DNA from: Candidatus Liptonbacteria bacterium
GTDB lineage: Bacteria; Patescibacteriota; Minisyncoccia; UBA6257; 2-01-FULL-56-20
Direction: 5' to 3'
Length of the DNA: 64,000 nt
Assembly (NCBI GenBank): GCA_023244895.1
Contig: JAHFLL010000001.1
Coordinates: 745,802 to 809,801 of the forward strand
Shown piece by piece: positions 11,303 to 22,321 of the stretch. A program made the translations under genes and the position numbers. The notes under the pieces are model-generated. The model was not told where the DNA came from. It made no database searches and saw only the letters and a program-made list of their open reading frames with translations. Position 1 is the stretch's first letter; the number at the start of each line of letters is the position of its first letter.

Positions 11303-11890
11303 CTACACCCCCTTCTCTAGGAAGTTGACTGCCCAGCGCGTTGCCTGGACTGACTTGGCGTCCGAAATCAGGCCGTCGTCACACATTGCGACCCAGTCTG
11401 CCAGGTCGTAGAGAACCGGCAGGATGAGCTCGGTCCCATCCGGCTTCGGCTCCTGCACGAGCTCACATTCTTGAGCGACAGCCACCAGGCCCTCCATGCG
11501 TAAGGAGGCGGGGTCAACGAATACTCTGCGATCCCAGAAGATGTGAATGTATCTGGGCCAGTAGCCGGTCTCCTCGACCAACTCCACTCTGACCACATCC
11601 TCGTGGGTCTGCCCGGCCTTGGGATTGCCCCCAGGTAGCTCCAAGATCCAGGCGTTAATCGCGTGGCGATACTGCCAGGTCACAATGACTTCGTTTGCCT
11701 TGGTGACCGGAAAGATGAACACCGGTCGGGTGTTGGCGCCGAACAACCAAAAGTCGGCGGTTTTCCCGTCCGGATAGGAGAAGTCCTGAGAGAACATTCT
11801 CCTGCCGTACCTCTGGAGCTGAACCTGTTCGGGACCCAGTTGGGGCGAAATCCTAGCTGCCGGGACCTCGCCTCTTCGCAACTTCAGCAT
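11303..11890 (-). CDS. NUDIX hydrolase, ADP-ribose pyrophosphatase-like (GC-rich cassette)
   Basis: QYRHAI..ELPGG...RVELVEETGY, ISDAKS. Confidence 0.88.
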   Translation of the reverse strand: MLKLRRGEVPAARISPQLGPEQVQLQRYGRRMFSQDFSYPDGKTADFWLFGANTRPVFIFPVTKANEVIVTWQYRHAINAWILELPGGNPKAGQTHEDVVRVELVEETGYWPRYIHIFWDRRVFVDPASLRMEGLVAVAQECELVQEPKPDGTELILPVLYDLADWVAMCDDGLISDAKSVQATRWAVNFLEKGV

Positions 11891-11963
11891 CTTGATCCCC
11901 CGCTACAAACCACAACGTATTCCTATGCAGGTCCCGGGTGGGACCCAGGACCGACTAGGCCAA

Positions 11964-11992
11964 GTTATAAATTAAAAAACCATTTCAGTCAA
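11964..11992 (-). promoter_or_regulatory. Sigma70-type promoter for the NUDIX-IMPase cassette
   Basis: TTGACT-17 nt-TATAAC on minus strand. Confidence 0.6.
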
Positions 11993-12050
11993 TAAAATGG
12001 TCTCTCGAAGAAAACCCTAAAAATATTAAATACTTGTCGCCTGCTACTAC

Positions 12051-13046
12051 CTATTTCTCACTTCCCAACAATTTTATGTCCGCATCTACCATAATCTTTA
12101 CCAAATCCTCAAACTTGGTACTGGCCGTCCAACCCAACTTATTTTTTGCCTTAGTGGTATCCGCGATAAGATTTTCCACTTCCGTCGGGCGATAGTAGCG
12201 CTGATCTATTTCTACATACTTCTCCCAATCCGGTAGACCAGCATATTGGAAAGCCGCTACTAGAAACTCTTTAACAGAATGACTCTCGCCAGTGCCGATC
12301 ACGTAATCTTCCGCCACAGGTTGCTGGAGCATCAGCCACATTGCTTCCACATATTCTTTGGCATAACCCCAATCGCGCCTGGCCTCCAAATTTCCTAAGT
12401 ATAACTTCTTGTCTAGGCCTGCTTTTATGCGTGCTATTCCGCGAGTTATTTTTCTGGTAACGAACGTCTCCCCCCTGCGCGGACTTTCATGATTGAAGAG
12501 GATACCGTTTACCGCGAACATTCCGTACGCCTCCCGGTAGTTACGGGTCATGTAATACGCGAATGCCTTAGAGGCACCATAGGGACTGCGCGGATAGAAA
12601 ACGGAGTTCTCGTTTTGGGGGGGTGGCGTAGCGCCAAACATTTCCGAACTGGAAGCCTGGTAAAACTTTATCTTCCGGTCGGTATCTTCCTGATAATCCT
12701 TAACGGCCTCTAATACTCGCAAAGCACCGAGCCCGGTAATATTCGCGGTATACTCCGGAATATCAAACGATACGCGCACATGAGATTGAGCGCCTAAGTT
12801 ATATATTTCATCCGGTTGAATTTGATAAATCAGCTTGCGCAAAGTACTGGAGTCAGACAGGTCCCCATAATGCAACTTAAAAACATACTTATCCGCATGC
12901 GGGTCCTGATAAATATGATCTACCCGACTAGTATTAAAGGTGGAGGCACGCCTCATCACGCCGTGAACCTCGTATCCTTTTTGGAGCAGAAACTCCGCCA
13001 GATAGCTACCGTCTTGTCCGGTTATGCCGAAAATTAACGCCCTCAT
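12051..13046 (-). CDS. gmd: GDP-mannose 4,6-dehydratase
   Basis: [36 protein letters not shown]. Confidence 0.97.
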   Translation of the reverse strand: MRALIFGITGQDGSYLAEFLLQKGYEVHGVMRRASTFNTSRVDHIYQDPHADKYVFKLHYGDLSDSSTLRKLIYQIQPDEIYNLGAQSHVRVSFDIPEYTANITGLGALRVLEAVKDYQEDTDRKIKFYQASSSEMFGATPPPQNENSVFYPRSPYGASKAFAYYMTRNYREAYGMFAVNGILFNHESPRRGETFVTRKITRGIARIKAGLDKKLYLGNLEARRDWGYAKEYVEAMWLMLQQPVAEDYVIGTGESHSVKEFLVAAFQYAGLPDWEKYVEIDQRYYRPTEVENLIADTTKAKNKLGWTASTKFEDLVKIMVDADIKLLGSEK

Positions 13047-13675
13047 TTTTTATTTTCCGCTTTTGGTACGACTATGACTAGGTCTTCCACCAGCTTTCTG
13101 GTTTTTTCATCTTTTGGCCAATCCTCCAGGATTTTATCCGTAACCGACTTGAACCGATCGCCATCCTGCTTAAACCTATAAATGTCCATTAAGCCATAGA
13201 GATACTGGGGACGATTAGGAGAGGACTCCGCGCCTTGCAAGAAGGCTTGTTCGGCGGTGTCTAAATATATAGGATTTTTTGACTGGATAGCCGATATCTC
13301 ATGTATCACGCCGAGAATATACAGGTCCTGCCCGAAGCTCATGCCGCGACCCCTCTCTATTATCGGATTATAATATCCCGCCAGAAACTTTAAACTGGCG
13401 TCTATCAATTCGGTATTATTAGTGTTTCTAATAACCGACATCAAGGAGTTGGCTAGGTTGCGAACCAGCTCCGGTTGGCCGATCGGCGAGTTTAACTCTA
13501 GAGCAGGAACAATCGCTCTCTTTAGATCGTCCAAGCTTTTAGCATTTGCCGCCTTTTGACTGGCCAGCACATAAGCGACCGACTTCCTCCAGGGCAAGTA
13601 GTTTCCATAGATGCCCACTCCGAGCATGACTATTCCTAGCGAAACTGCAATTATATGCTTAATGGATTGATTCAT
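13043..13675 (-). CDS. Membrane-anchored helical (TPR-like) protein
   Basis: N-terminal TM helix, helical-repeat-like C-terminus; follows the ligase gene. Confidence 0.6.
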   Translation of the reverse strand: MNQSIKHIIAVSLGIVMLGVGIYGNYLPWRKSVAYVLASQKAANAKSLDDLKRAIVPALELNSPIGQPELVRNLANSLMSVIRNTNNTELIDASLKFLAGYYNPIIERGRGMSFGQDLYILGVIHEISAIQSKNPIYLDTAEQAFLQGAESSPNRPQYLYGLMDIYRFKQDGDRFKSVTDKILEDWPKDEKTRKLVEDLVIVVPKAENKK

Positions 13676-13680
13676 AGAAA

Positions 13681-15027
13681 TTATCTGACAGGGTTTTTGT
13701 TTCCCCTTAGAATATGCACCCCGAAAGCCAGGAGGATAAATAAATTGATATAAATCGGCAAGACATCAAACAAAGCTAAAGCCTGCACAAAATATGCCAC
13801 CGGCATTGCCACTAGAAGTCCGGTCATGAGCGGATGCTCGCGTAGGCCCCTCTTCCAAAGTTGCCAGTAGAAGGCCGCGAACATAGATAAGTAGGCCAAT
13901 AAGCCCACTATCCCTGTTTCGGATAGATAATCGAAGAAGACGCTATGCGCTCTATCGAACCAAGTTTCTCTGTTCTCTCCAGGAACGAAGTGACGTGCAT
14001 CAAAATACTTATCAAAGACGGTGGTAAAGTTCTCCGGGCCCCAGCCCAAGATGGGTCGTTCTTTGAACCCGCGCCAAGCGCTACCCCAGGTCCAAAATCT
14101 GGTCTGTGCCGTGGCTTCTCCAAAATCCAAGAATAATAGACGACTACCGGGCATTTGTTTGATAAACGATCTGTCGCGTAGACCAAAGGCTAAGGCGCCT
14201 AAAAGGAATAATCCAAATAGAATCAAAACCGCGATAATACGCAGTTTCTTCTGGCCATATACACAGAGATATCCTAGATACGCCAGTGCTCCGACAATAA
14301 GGCCCAACATAGCCCCACGCGTGCCAGCCAGCCAGAAGAATAAAAAGAAGAAGGCAATAAGTAATAAGTAACTAAAATGTCCCAACCAATCTCTTTTCTT
14401 GCTGAACCAAAGCCACATCCCGAAGAAGGAAACAAAAATAAGATATATGGAAACATAGGCGGGGTTGCCGAGAGATCCCTGAAAACGATATTGTGGCTCT
14501 ACCAGTCGGGACCAAAGGGTAGGAGTATTCAGCTCTGGATGCGAAAAGTAAGGACCTAGAAAACCGGAGGCTCCTATTGCCGCCGCTAATCCATAAAAAA
14601 TCATAAGCGTAGCTGCCACTAAAGATGAACGGAAAAGAATCTTCCAATCTCGCTCATCCTCAAAGAGAGTCACGAGCAACAGGAAAAATAGGTAGTAATG
14701 AATCATCTGGAAGGCGCCCTCGCCCCGCTCAAAATTAGACCAAATTGCGGAGTGCACATCCCAGGCGAATAAGGCGGCCAAGGTGTATGCAGCAGTGAAG
14801 GCGCTAACCGCCCATACGATTGGCTTATTGAACGCGTTTTTTAACCGCTCCCCCAGATTACCCCGCTCAAAGGCCCACCACAGAAGAGTGCAAATGACCG
14901 CGAACTCTATTACCCAGCGGAAAAAGTAGTACTTCACTCCGATAAACGGGAAATAGTTACTACCCGCCACCAGAACAACCGCGAAAACGGATGTGTGCAG
15001 AAAGAATTTGGATAGTTTGAGAAACAT
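13681..15027 (-). CDS. O-antigen ligase / oligosaccharyltransferase family (Wzy_C)
   Basis: Multi-TM, GSLGNPAY, TRGA, PILGWGPENF, DRAHS. Confidence 0.9.
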   Translation of the reverse strand: MFLKLSKFFLHTSVFAVVLVAGSNYFPFIGVKYYFFRWVIEFAVICTLLWWAFERGNLGERLKNAFNKPIVWAVSAFTAAYTLAALFAWDVHSAIWSNFERGEGAFQMIHYYLFFLLLVTLFEDERDWKILFRSSLVAATLMIFYGLAAAIGASGFLGPYFSHPELNTPTLWSRLVEPQYRFQGSLGNPAYVSIYLIFVSFFGMWLWFSKKRDWLGHFSYLLLIAFFFLFFWLAGTRGAMLGLIVGALAYLGYLCVYGQKKLRIIAVLILFGLFLLGALAFGLRDRSFIKQMPGSRLLFLDFGEATAQTRFWTWGSAWRGFKERPILGWGPENFTTVFDKYFDARHFVPGENRETWFDRAHSVFFDYLSETGIVGLLAYLSMFAAFYWQLWKRGLREHPLMTGLLVAMPVAYFVQALALFDVLPIYINLFILLAFGVHILRGNKNPVR

Positions 15028-15107
15028 GGAATTAATATATAGTGGGAGGCAAATAATGAATTAGGAGTTTTTTGCTTTCTACATTCTAATTACTACTTTC
15101 CGAATAT

Positions 15108-16628
15108 TTATCTGGCATATTCCACCGCGCGGACCTCGCGAATAACATTAACTTTAATCTCCCCTGGGAATTTTAGCTCGGATTGGATGCGATTCGCAAT
15201 CTCTCTGGCTAATTCTAATGCGCGGAAATCGTCTATTTTCTCTGGGATTACGAATACGCGCAATTCCCTACCCGCGGATATGGCATAGGACTGTTTTATG
15301 CCCGGGAAACCGTTTGCGATTTTTTCCAGATCCGCCAGCCGCTTAATGTAATTTTCAATATTGTCCCTGCGCGCGCCCGGACGGCCGGCAGAAATAACAT
15401 CCGCCGCTGTTACCACATACGCCTCCGAGGTGGCATAAGGATAGTCTTCATGGTGAGACTGCATGGCCTGCACCACCTTCTCGTCCACACCATATTTCCG
15501 CAAAATTTTAATACCTAATTCTACGTGCGTGCCTTCTACTTCATGGTCAATCGCCTTACCAATGTCGTGCAAGAGGGCTCCCTTTCTGGCTACCTCCACG
15601 TTGAGTCCCAATTCCGACGCCATCATAGCGGCCAGATACGCCATTTCAATGGAATGAGTCAAAACGTTTTGACCATAGCTGGTACGGAACTGAAGCCTGC
15701 CTAAAAGCTGAACAATCTCCTTGGGCAGATCATATACACCAACCTCCATAGTGGCTGCCTCGCCAATTTCCGTTATTCTCTTATTGAGCTCCTGCTTAGC
15801 CTCTTCTACTTTCTCTTCAATCTTGGCGGGCTGAATACGCCCGTCCTTGACCAGCTTCTGCAAAGCTAAACGCGCCACTTCTCTGCGATAGGGGTCAAAA
15901 GAAGAGATAACAACCGCGTCCGGCGCTTCGTCTATCACGAACTCCACTCCAGTCGCACGCTCCAACGCGCGGATATTGCGCCCCTCTCGTCCGATTATTT
16001 TGCCCTTCAGCTCCTCGTCCTCCAAGGGGAAGATAGTGGTAGTGGCTTCCGAGATATGCGACCGCGCATAGCGTTGCAGAGCCACCGTGATAATCTCCAT
16101 GGATTTCTTCTCTATCTCGTCGTGTCTTTCTTTCTCTATCTTTTGCAAGGTCTGAGCCAACTCCTGGGAACTTTCGGATTTTATCCTGCTGAATAGCTCT
16201 TCTTTCGCGCCTTGTTCGGTCAACTTGGCAACCCTTTGCAACTCTGCGTTTATCTTTTCACGACCAGCCTCGGCTTCCGCCTGCTTACCCTTCAACTCTT
16301 CCGCGTAGCGGCGCAACTCATTTTCTCCCCGTTCAATATTGCTTAACTTTTTATCCAACGTTTCTTCTCTCTCAATTAGACGAGACTCTAAAGCCGTGAG
16401 TCTATTTTTTTGCTCGCGCTCATCATTCTTTACCTCAGTTATAAGCGAGGCTGCCTTTTCTTTGGCCTCCAGGACAATCTCCTTAGCCTTGGTCTCCGCC
16501 TCGCTTAATTTGCGCTTACCCTCCTGCTCTAGCGAAGAGTTTAGATTTACTATCTGAGATCTGCGGATTAGATAACCCGCTAGGGCGCCTAAAGCTAAGG
16601 CACCCGCCCCGATTAGGTAGGTATTCAT
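15108..16628 (-). CDS. rny: Ribonuclease Y
   Basis: N-terminal TM, coiled coil, KH (GKIIGREGRNIR), HD (LLHDIGK). Confidence 0.97.
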   Translation of the reverse strand: MNTYLIGAGALALGALAGYLIRRSQIVNLNSSLEQEGKRKLSEAETKAKEIVLEAKEKAASLITEVKNDEREQKNRLTALESRLIEREETLDKKLSNIERGENELRRYAEELKGKQAEAEAGREKINAELQRVAKLTEQGAKEELFSRIKSESSQELAQTLQKIEKERHDEIEKKSMEIITVALQRYARSHISEATTTIFPLEDEELKGKIIGREGRNIRALERATGVEFVIDEAPDAVVISSFDPYRREVARLALQKLVKDGRIQPAKIEEKVEEAKQELNKRITEIGEAATMEVGVYDLPKEIVQLLGRLQFRTSYGQNVLTHSIEMAYLAAMMASELGLNVEVARKGALLHDIGKAIDHEVEGTHVELGIKILRKYGVDEKVVQAMQSHHEDYPYATSEAYVVTAADVISAGRPGARRDNIENYIKRLADLEKIANGFPGIKQSYAISAGRELRVFVIPEKIDDFRALELAREIANRIQSELKFPGEIKVNVIREVRAVEYAR

Positions 16629-16768
16629 TGTGATATTTAGTTGTTTCTATGGTCTCGAACGAAAGTGAATACATTAAAGAACGGACGTTACCAGGAAACA
16701 AAAGACTTAATTAATTGACGTTTTAACCAACTTATTGATTGTACCAGTCAATAGGCGAAGAAGCAAGA

Positions 16769-17188
16769 CTACCATAAGAATGGGGGTAGAAAGAGAAATC
16801 CTATCAGTATGTTTACGACTGATAATATTAAAACGTAAGTCTTCCCGTCCAAAAAATCTTTATCCGCAGTTTCGGAATTGAGTTTACGATAGATCAGGCC
16901 TGTATTAATCACCCACCCAATCACAAAACAGAACAGGCTAAATATAATCTCTGCAATAATGGCAAAATCGTCCGAAGGGGCTTTTATTAGAACTATTATG
17001 GGATAGGCAACAGCCATAACCAACCCCAGGAATATTGCCGGGATAGTTTTCTTCGTGCTCTTTTTGTTTGCACTCCCCGCATCTCGTTCTCCGGACCACC
17101 TCAATCTTAATATGACATATAAAACTATAAGAGCCACTACTACCGCGACAAATAGGATTAGCTCCGAATTCAACATTATTGTTTCCAT
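16769..17188 (-). CDS. Hypothetical membrane protein
   Basis: About four hydrophobic segments. Confidence 0.65.
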   Translation of the reverse strand: METIMLNSELILFVAVVVALIVLYVILRLRWSGERDAGSANKKSTKKTIPAIFLGLVMAVAYPIIVLIKAPSDDFAIIAEIIFSLFCFVIGWVINTGLIYRKLNSETADKDFLDGKTYVLILSVVNILIGFLFLPPFLW

Positions 17189-17273
17189 GTTGTAAGTATA
17201 CTATAAAAAACGTAGTTTAAGTCTTAAACCAATAGAGAACCCACTCCCCCTAATAATCTGCTAAAATATACCT

Positions 17274-18806
17274 ATGCATCGCACCGTAGTTTTAATGATT
17301 CTGGATGGCTGGGGAGTTGGACCGGCTAATGACGCCAATCCTATCCACGTGGTAAACCCCCAAAACTTCAAGTACCTGGCAGAAAACTATCCGGTAACTA
17401 GCCTACAGGCTTCCGGTATCAGCGTAGGTTTGCCCTGGTCAGAGACCGGCAACAGCGAGGTTGGCCACCTGACTCTTGGGGCGGGCAAAACTATCTATCA
17501 GTATTATCCCAAAATTATGATGGCCATACAGGATGGCACATTTTTTGAAAACGAAGTTTTAAAATCCGCTTTCGCGCACGCGCGCAAAAATAATTCCGGC
17601 GTGAATCTGGTGGGGCTCCTCACTAAGGCCAACACTCACGCCTCTCTGGAACATCTCCAGGCTCTTCTTCTAATGGCCGAAAAGGAGCAGATCTCCAATG
17701 TGAAGCTACACCTCTTCGGAGATGCGATTGATTCTCCTCCTAAATCTATATTAGAGATGCTGGAATCTCTGCCTGCGGAGAAACTAGCGACTTTAACTGG
17801 ACGCTATTACGCCATGGACCGCAACGAGAACTGGTCTCTTACTCAAAAAACCTACGAATGTTTAACGGGCAAGTCGGGAGGTGCCGTGCCGAATCTCGCG
17901 GAATATCTCAAAAAGTTTTTTGAGAGAAACGCCAGCGAAGAATTTCTGCCTCCTCTGCGGGTTGACCCAGCCAAAGCCATCTCCTCCAACGATGCCGTTA
18001 TCTTCTTTAATTTCCGAGAAGACAGCATCCGCCAAACGGTAGAGCCATTTATTCTGCCTAACTTTGACCGCTTCGCGCGACAGCTGCCGGAAAATCTCTA
18101 CGTTGCCACGCTCACTCGTTATGCCGAAACATATCCCGTGCCGTTCGCTTTCGCGGGTGACAAAGTGGATAGGCCTTTGGGGCTGATCCTTAGCGAGCTC
18201 AACAAAACCCAGTTGCGCCTGGCGGAAACCTATAAATACGCTCATGTAACTTATTTCTTTAACGGCTATCACGAAGAACCGTATAAGAATGAATATCGAG
18301 TATTGGTGCCCTCTCTCAATATTACTCATCCCGATGAGCACCCCGAGCTGATGGCCTCTGCCATAACAGACCGATTATTAGAGGCCCTCTCCAACCAGGC
18401 TTTTGATTTTATCTTGGTTAATTATTCCAACCCCGACACCATGGGACATTCCGGCAACTATGATGCTTGCCTTAAGGCGGTGGGGGTAATAGACCAGGAA
18501 CTTGGGAGGGTTATAAAAGCGGTGGAGCAAACCGACACGGTGCTTTTAATCACCTCCGACCATGGCAACATAGAGCAAGAACTGAATCCCATGACCGGCG
18601 TAGTGGAGACCCAGCATCAGAATAATCCCGTACCATTCTATTTGGTCGCGCAGGAATTCAAGGGCAGAAAATTTCCCAACCAGCTCGACTTGCGCAACGA
18701 TACCCTGGGGCTTTTGGCGGACGTAGCCCCGACGGTCTTGGGGCTGATGCAGATTCCCAAACCACAAGACATGTCCGGAGATAACTTGCTAAGACACCTT
18801 TTATAA
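17274..18806 (+). CDS. gpmI: 2,3-bisphosphoglycerate-independent phosphoglycerate mutase
   Basis: ILDGWG, GNSEVGH, GRYYAMDR, DTMGHSG, TSDHGN. Confidence 0.96.
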   Translation: MHRTVVLMILDGWGVGPANDANPIHVVNPQNFKYLAENYPVTSLQASGISVGLPWSETGNSEVGHLTLGAGKTIYQYYPKIMMAIQDGTFFENEVLKSAFAHARKNNSGVNLVGLLTKANTHASLEHLQALLLMAEKEQISNVKLHLFGDAIDSPPKSILEMLESLPAEKLATLTGRYYAMDRNENWSLTQKTYECLTGKSGGAVPNLAEYLKKFFERNASEEFLPPLRVDPAKAISSNDAVIFFNFREDSIRQTVEPFILPNFDRFARQLPENLYVATLTRYAETYPVPFAFAGDKVDRPLGLILSELNKTQLRLAETYKYAHVTYFFNGYHEEPYKNEYRVLVPSLNITHPDEHPELMASAITDRLLEALSNQAFDFILVNYSNPDTMGHSGNYDACLKAVGVIDQELGRVIKAVEQTDTVLLITSDHGNIEQELNPMTGVVETQHQNNPVPFYLVAQEFKGRKFPNQLDLRNDTLGLLADVAPTVLGLMQIPKPQDMSGDNLLRHLL

Positions 18807-18853
18807 ACGTACTCTATAAAAACGGCTGGAAAATATGTTACAATCAAAACGTT

Positions 18854-19216
18854 ATGCGCTGGCTCTCTAGAGTAGTCTTGGCAATAGCCATAAACTTAAT
18901 AGCGATTTTGGCCGCGAATCAATGGATTCCGGGATTTAGTGTCTCGGGCGGATTTAAGGAGTGGCTAATCGCGGCGGGGATACTTACTATCCTAAACTTC
19001 GTGGTCAAACCTGTTTTAAAGCTGGTACTCGGTCCAATTATCGTTTTGACCCTGGGTCTGGGGCTTATTTTAGTCAACATGATTGTCATATATCTGCTTG
19101 ACAAGTTTTCACAAGACATTAGCATAGAGGGCGTTCTAACGTTGCTCTATGGATCAATATTAATCGGAGCCTTGAACTTCCTAATGCATTTAGCCATACA
19201 CAAAAAAGATGAATAA
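18854..19216 (+). CDS. YvlD-like 4-TM membrane protein (phage holin family 4_2)
   Basis: LNFVVKPVLKLV..PIIVLTLGL..LVN. Confidence 0.85.
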   Translation: MRWLSRVVLAIAINLIAILAANQWIPGFSVSGGFKEWLIAAGILTILNFVVKPVLKLVLGPIIVLTLGLGLILVNMIVIYLLDKFSQDISIEGVLTLLYGSILIGALNFLMHLAIHKKDE

Positions 19217-19427
19217 TATAATAACCATATTACAGATAGTTTTGCCCATAGTAATCATAATCCTGATACTACTCCAGGAACGCTCCGCGGGGCTGTCCAG
19301 TCTCTGGGGTGGGGACGGAGGAGGGTTTTATCAAACCCGCCGCGGGCTGGAAAGATGGGTGTTTATCGCTACCATTGTCTGCGCTGTGCTCTTGGCGGCA
19401 GTTTCCATTTGGCGACTTATTCTATAA
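19209..19427 (+). CDS. secG: Preprotein translocase subunit SecG
   Basis: LILLQERSAGLSSLWGG...TRRGLE, two TMs. Confidence 0.9.
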   Translation: MNNIITILQIVLPIVIIILILLQERSAGLSSLWGGDGGGFYQTRRGLERWVFIATIVCAVLLAAVSIWRLIL

Positions 19428-19440
19428 GTATCCGAGCTTT

Positions 19441-21084
19441 ATGCTCTTTCTAAAGAAAATTCTGGGCGCGCTGAGCAGGCCGGAGAAAACGGCCGTTTTC
19501 GTGGCGTTCGTAGTAGCTCTATTATGCCTTGTCGGAATAATCTCTTTTTCAATATATCGTGCCACGGATATCGTGCCGGCCAGAGGCGGAGAATACGCGG
19601 AAGGCGTGGTTAGCCAGCCCAGTTTCGTTAATCCCATTCTGGCATCCACGGAAGCGGATAAACTTCTGGTGCGCCTGCTTTTTTCAAACATCCCGGATGT
19701 GGCCGAAAAGGTTGAGGTGGATAAAAACGGCCGGGTTTGGCAGGTAACTCTTAAAGAGAATGTGCTCTGGTCGGATAACAAGAAACTCACCAGCGACGAC
19801 ATAGTTTTCACCGTGGAGAAAATCCAGGACCCCCAGACCCAGTCCCCTTTCTTTCATAGCTGGCAAGGCGTAGCGGTCAACCGCCTAAGCGAGCTTAAAG
19901 TACAATTTAATCTGGTTTCCCCCTATCCTTTCTTTGAGGAGAATTTGCGCGGCCTTTATATTCTACCCAAACATATTTTCGCGGACACTCCGCCTGGTAA
20001 TTGGAAATTGTCGGAATATAATCTTAAGCCGATTGGTAGCGGACCGTACCGCTTCGTAGACTTCGCTAAGCAACCTAATGGCTTCATTGCCAGCTACAGT
20101 CTGGCCGCTCGGGAAGACGGAAATGAATTGCCCCTGGTTCAAAAATTTAACTTAAAGTTTTTCTCGCATACGCAAGACGCAGTCAAAGAGTTTAACGCGG
20201 GTAAGATTGATGGTCTGACCATCATGGACGGCGACATCTATAAAGATATAACCAGACCCCACCAGCTTTTTTCTTATTTCTTGCCGAGCTACTACGCGGT
20301 ATTTTTCAACCAAAGCCAGAATATGGCCCTACAGGACATATCCGTGCGCAAAGCGCTTAGCGAGGCTATAGACAGGAACCTGCTTACCGAGAAAGTATTT
20401 TCAGGACGCGCTAACGCCATAAGCTCCCCCGTCCCCGAGACACAGAATCCACCCGCCGAAAGCAAGACGAGCAGCGTATCCATAGAACAAATCAATTCCG
20501 ATTTGGAACAGGCTGGTTGGAAGATGGGCCCGGAAGGCGTAAGGATAAAATCTACTAAGAGTGGCAATCTCACTCTTAACTTAAAACTTACGGTGCCGGA
20601 TGTTGCGTTTCTCTCTAAAACCGCGGAGGAGGTGATGGAAAGGTGGGTAAACATCGGCGCACGGGTAACTATTGAAAAACTTTCTCCGGAAGAAATCATT
20701 TCCGGCGCGATAAAAAATAGGGACTACCAGATGATTCTCTACGGCAATGTTCTAAATCCCCCTTCCGACCTCTACTCCTTCTGGCACTCCCGGGAAAGGT
20801 TTTACCCGGGCCTAAACTTGTCTCTATATAACAATAAGTCTGCGGATCAGCTGATTGATTCTATCCGCCGTGACTTTGACGGTAAGGCACGGGAAGAGAT
20901 GTTGCGCAAGCTTAGCGATACCATAACCGCGGACTACCCCGCCGCCTTCCTTTATTCTCCTCATTATCTTTTCGTGGCTGGTAAAAGCTTGGGCGGGGTA
21001 ACTCCCCGATTACTAGTTGATCCGGCGGACCGCCTGACTGAAATTTCCGCCTGGTACGTCAAAACCGAAAGAACCCTTAGGTAA
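19441..21084 (+). CDS. ABC transporter substrate-binding protein, family 5 (start revised to ATG 19441)
   Basis: GGEYAEG, WSDNKKLTSDDIVFT, PIGSGPY, VRKALS. Confidence 0.9.
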   Translation: MLFLKKILGALSRPEKTAVFVAFVVALLCLVGIISFSIYRATDIVPARGGEYAEGVVSQPSFVNPILASTEADKLLVRLLFSNIPDVAEKVEVDKNGRVWQVTLKENVLWSDNKKLTSDDIVFTVEKIQDPQTQSPFFHSWQGVAVNRLSELKVQFNLVSPYPFFEENLRGLYILPKHIFADTPPGNWKLSEYNLKPIGSGPYRFVDFAKQPNGFIASYSLAAREDGNELPLVQKFNLKFFSHTQDAVKEFNAGKIDGLTIMDGDIYKDITRPHQLFSYFLPSYYAVFFNQSQNMALQDISVRKALSEAIDRNLLTEKVFSGRANAISSPVPETQNPPAESKTSSVSIEQINSDLEQAGWKMGPEGVRIKSTKSGNLTLNLKLTVPDVAFLSKTAEEVMERWVNIGARVTIEKLSPEEIISGAIKNRDYQMILYGNVLNPPSDLYSFWHSRERFYPGLNLSLYNNKSADQLIDSIRRDFDGKAREEMLRKLSDTITADYPAAFLYSPHYLFVAGKSLGGVTPRLLVDPADRLTEISAWYVKTERTLR

Positions 21085-21122
21085 GACTCCAAGCTCCCCG
21101 CCTTCACCCAGCTTCGGATGGG

Positions 21123-21271
21123 CAGGCAAATACCAAATTCCAAACAAATCTCAATTACAGAAACGGGCTCGCTTGTAAAATTGGTGCTTGGTCATTGTTT
21201 GTTATTTGGTGCTTGGGATTTGGTGCTTGTTCCAGCCTCTTCCCTAATTCCAATTCCTAATTCATAATTCT
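21123..21271. repeat. Degenerate heptamer-repeat inverted element plus TAATTC(C/A) tract
   Basis: AAATACCAAATTCCAAACAAATCTCAATTAC ... TTGGTGCTTGGTCATTGTTTGTTATTTGGTGCTTGGGATTTGGTGCTT; CCTAATTCCAATTCCTAATTCATAATTC. Confidence 0.7.
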
Positions 21272-21277
21272 ACCTGC

Positions 21278-22261
21278 ATGGATAGCTATCAAAAAAATAT
21301 AATCTCTTCGCCCAGCCGTCTTAGCAAGAAGGGGTTGGAAAGCGAGAACCTTTTCGTATTGAGAGGAGCGCGTCCGGACGGTATCATTATTTGCGGAATG
21401 GGAGGCTCCGGCCTCGCGGGTATGATACTCCGATACTCCCGCAAAGATACTGGTTTAGATCTGCCAGTCTTTTCTTGGAGAAACTATGAATTGCCAGAGA
21501 TGCAGGAATTTGGCTTGAAACACCCTCTCTACATCTTCACTTCTTTCTCCGGAAACACGGAGGAGACCGTTTCTGCCTATCACCTGGCGCAAAAGAAACG
21601 TTCCTTAACCATTGCCGTGATCGCCACCGGCGGGAAATTACTTCAACTGGCAGAGAAAAATCACTCCCCCTTGGTGCGGTTTCCGGCGGAAGACTTGACA
21701 CCAAGGCAAGGAGTTGGTAGAATGTTCTACGCTTTAATCCAAATACTTCAAGCTGCGAAACTTATTTCTCAAAAGGAATTTGACTATCGGCATATGGATG
21801 CCAGAAAAGAGATGTCGCTGGGACGCTCTCTGGCTAAAAAGATATTTAACAGGACCGCTGTAATATACACCGACCGAGAACACGAAGATCTAGGCTATCT
21901 CTGGAAGATAACCATCAATGAAACAGGCAAACAGCCAGCTTTTCTGAACGTTCTGCCGGAGATGCACCATAATGAAATATCCGGCTTTGAGAAAAATATT
22001 AATCCTTTCGTAGCTCTCTTACTCTACCCGCCCAAGCTGTCCCCCGCTATGCGCAAGCGCTTTGCCGTAACGCACAGAATGTTGAGCGAGCTCGGGGTCC
22101 CTATCGTAGAGATAAATCTTTCATACAAAAACAAGCTGGAGCAAGTCTGGCGCAAGTTAATGTTGACCGAGTGGGTTGGCTACTATCTGGCCCAAATGCA
22201 CAAGGCAGATCCAGCCGCCACCCCCACCGTAGACGCAATTAAGCAATTTTTGAAAAAGTAG
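21278..22261 (+). CDS. Bifunctional phosphoglucose/phosphomannose isomerase
   Basis: GMGGSG, SFSGNTEET, INETGK, LPEMHHNEI. Confidence 0.9.
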   Translation: MDSYQKNIISSPSRLSKKGLESENLFVLRGARPDGIIICGMGGSGLAGMILRYSRKDTGLDLPVFSWRNYELPEMQEFGLKHPLYIFTSFSGNTEETVSAYHLAQKKRSLTIAVIATGGKLLQLAEKNHSPLVRFPAEDLTPRQGVGRMFYALIQILQAAKLISQKEFDYRHMDARKEMSLGRSLAKKIFNRTAVIYTDREHEDLGYLWKITINETGKQPAFLNVLPEMHHNEISGFEKNINPFVALLLYPPKLSPAMRKRFAVTHRMLSELGVPIVEINLSYKNKLEQVWRKLMLTEWVGYYLAQMHKADPAATPTVDAIKQFLKK

Positions 22262-22321
22262 ATTTCGTTTCTGGGATTGGTTTCTGTTCCTCGTTATATG
22301 TTATAAGTTATGGATAATTTG

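Noticed and set aside
18854-19216. Prophage suggested by a holin-family gene
   Set aside because: Housekeeping-context YvlD-like protein between gpmI and secG; no phage genes
19309-19440. N-terminal extension of the ABC binding protein
   Set aside because: Overlaps secG; ATG 19441 gives a normal membrane-anchored start
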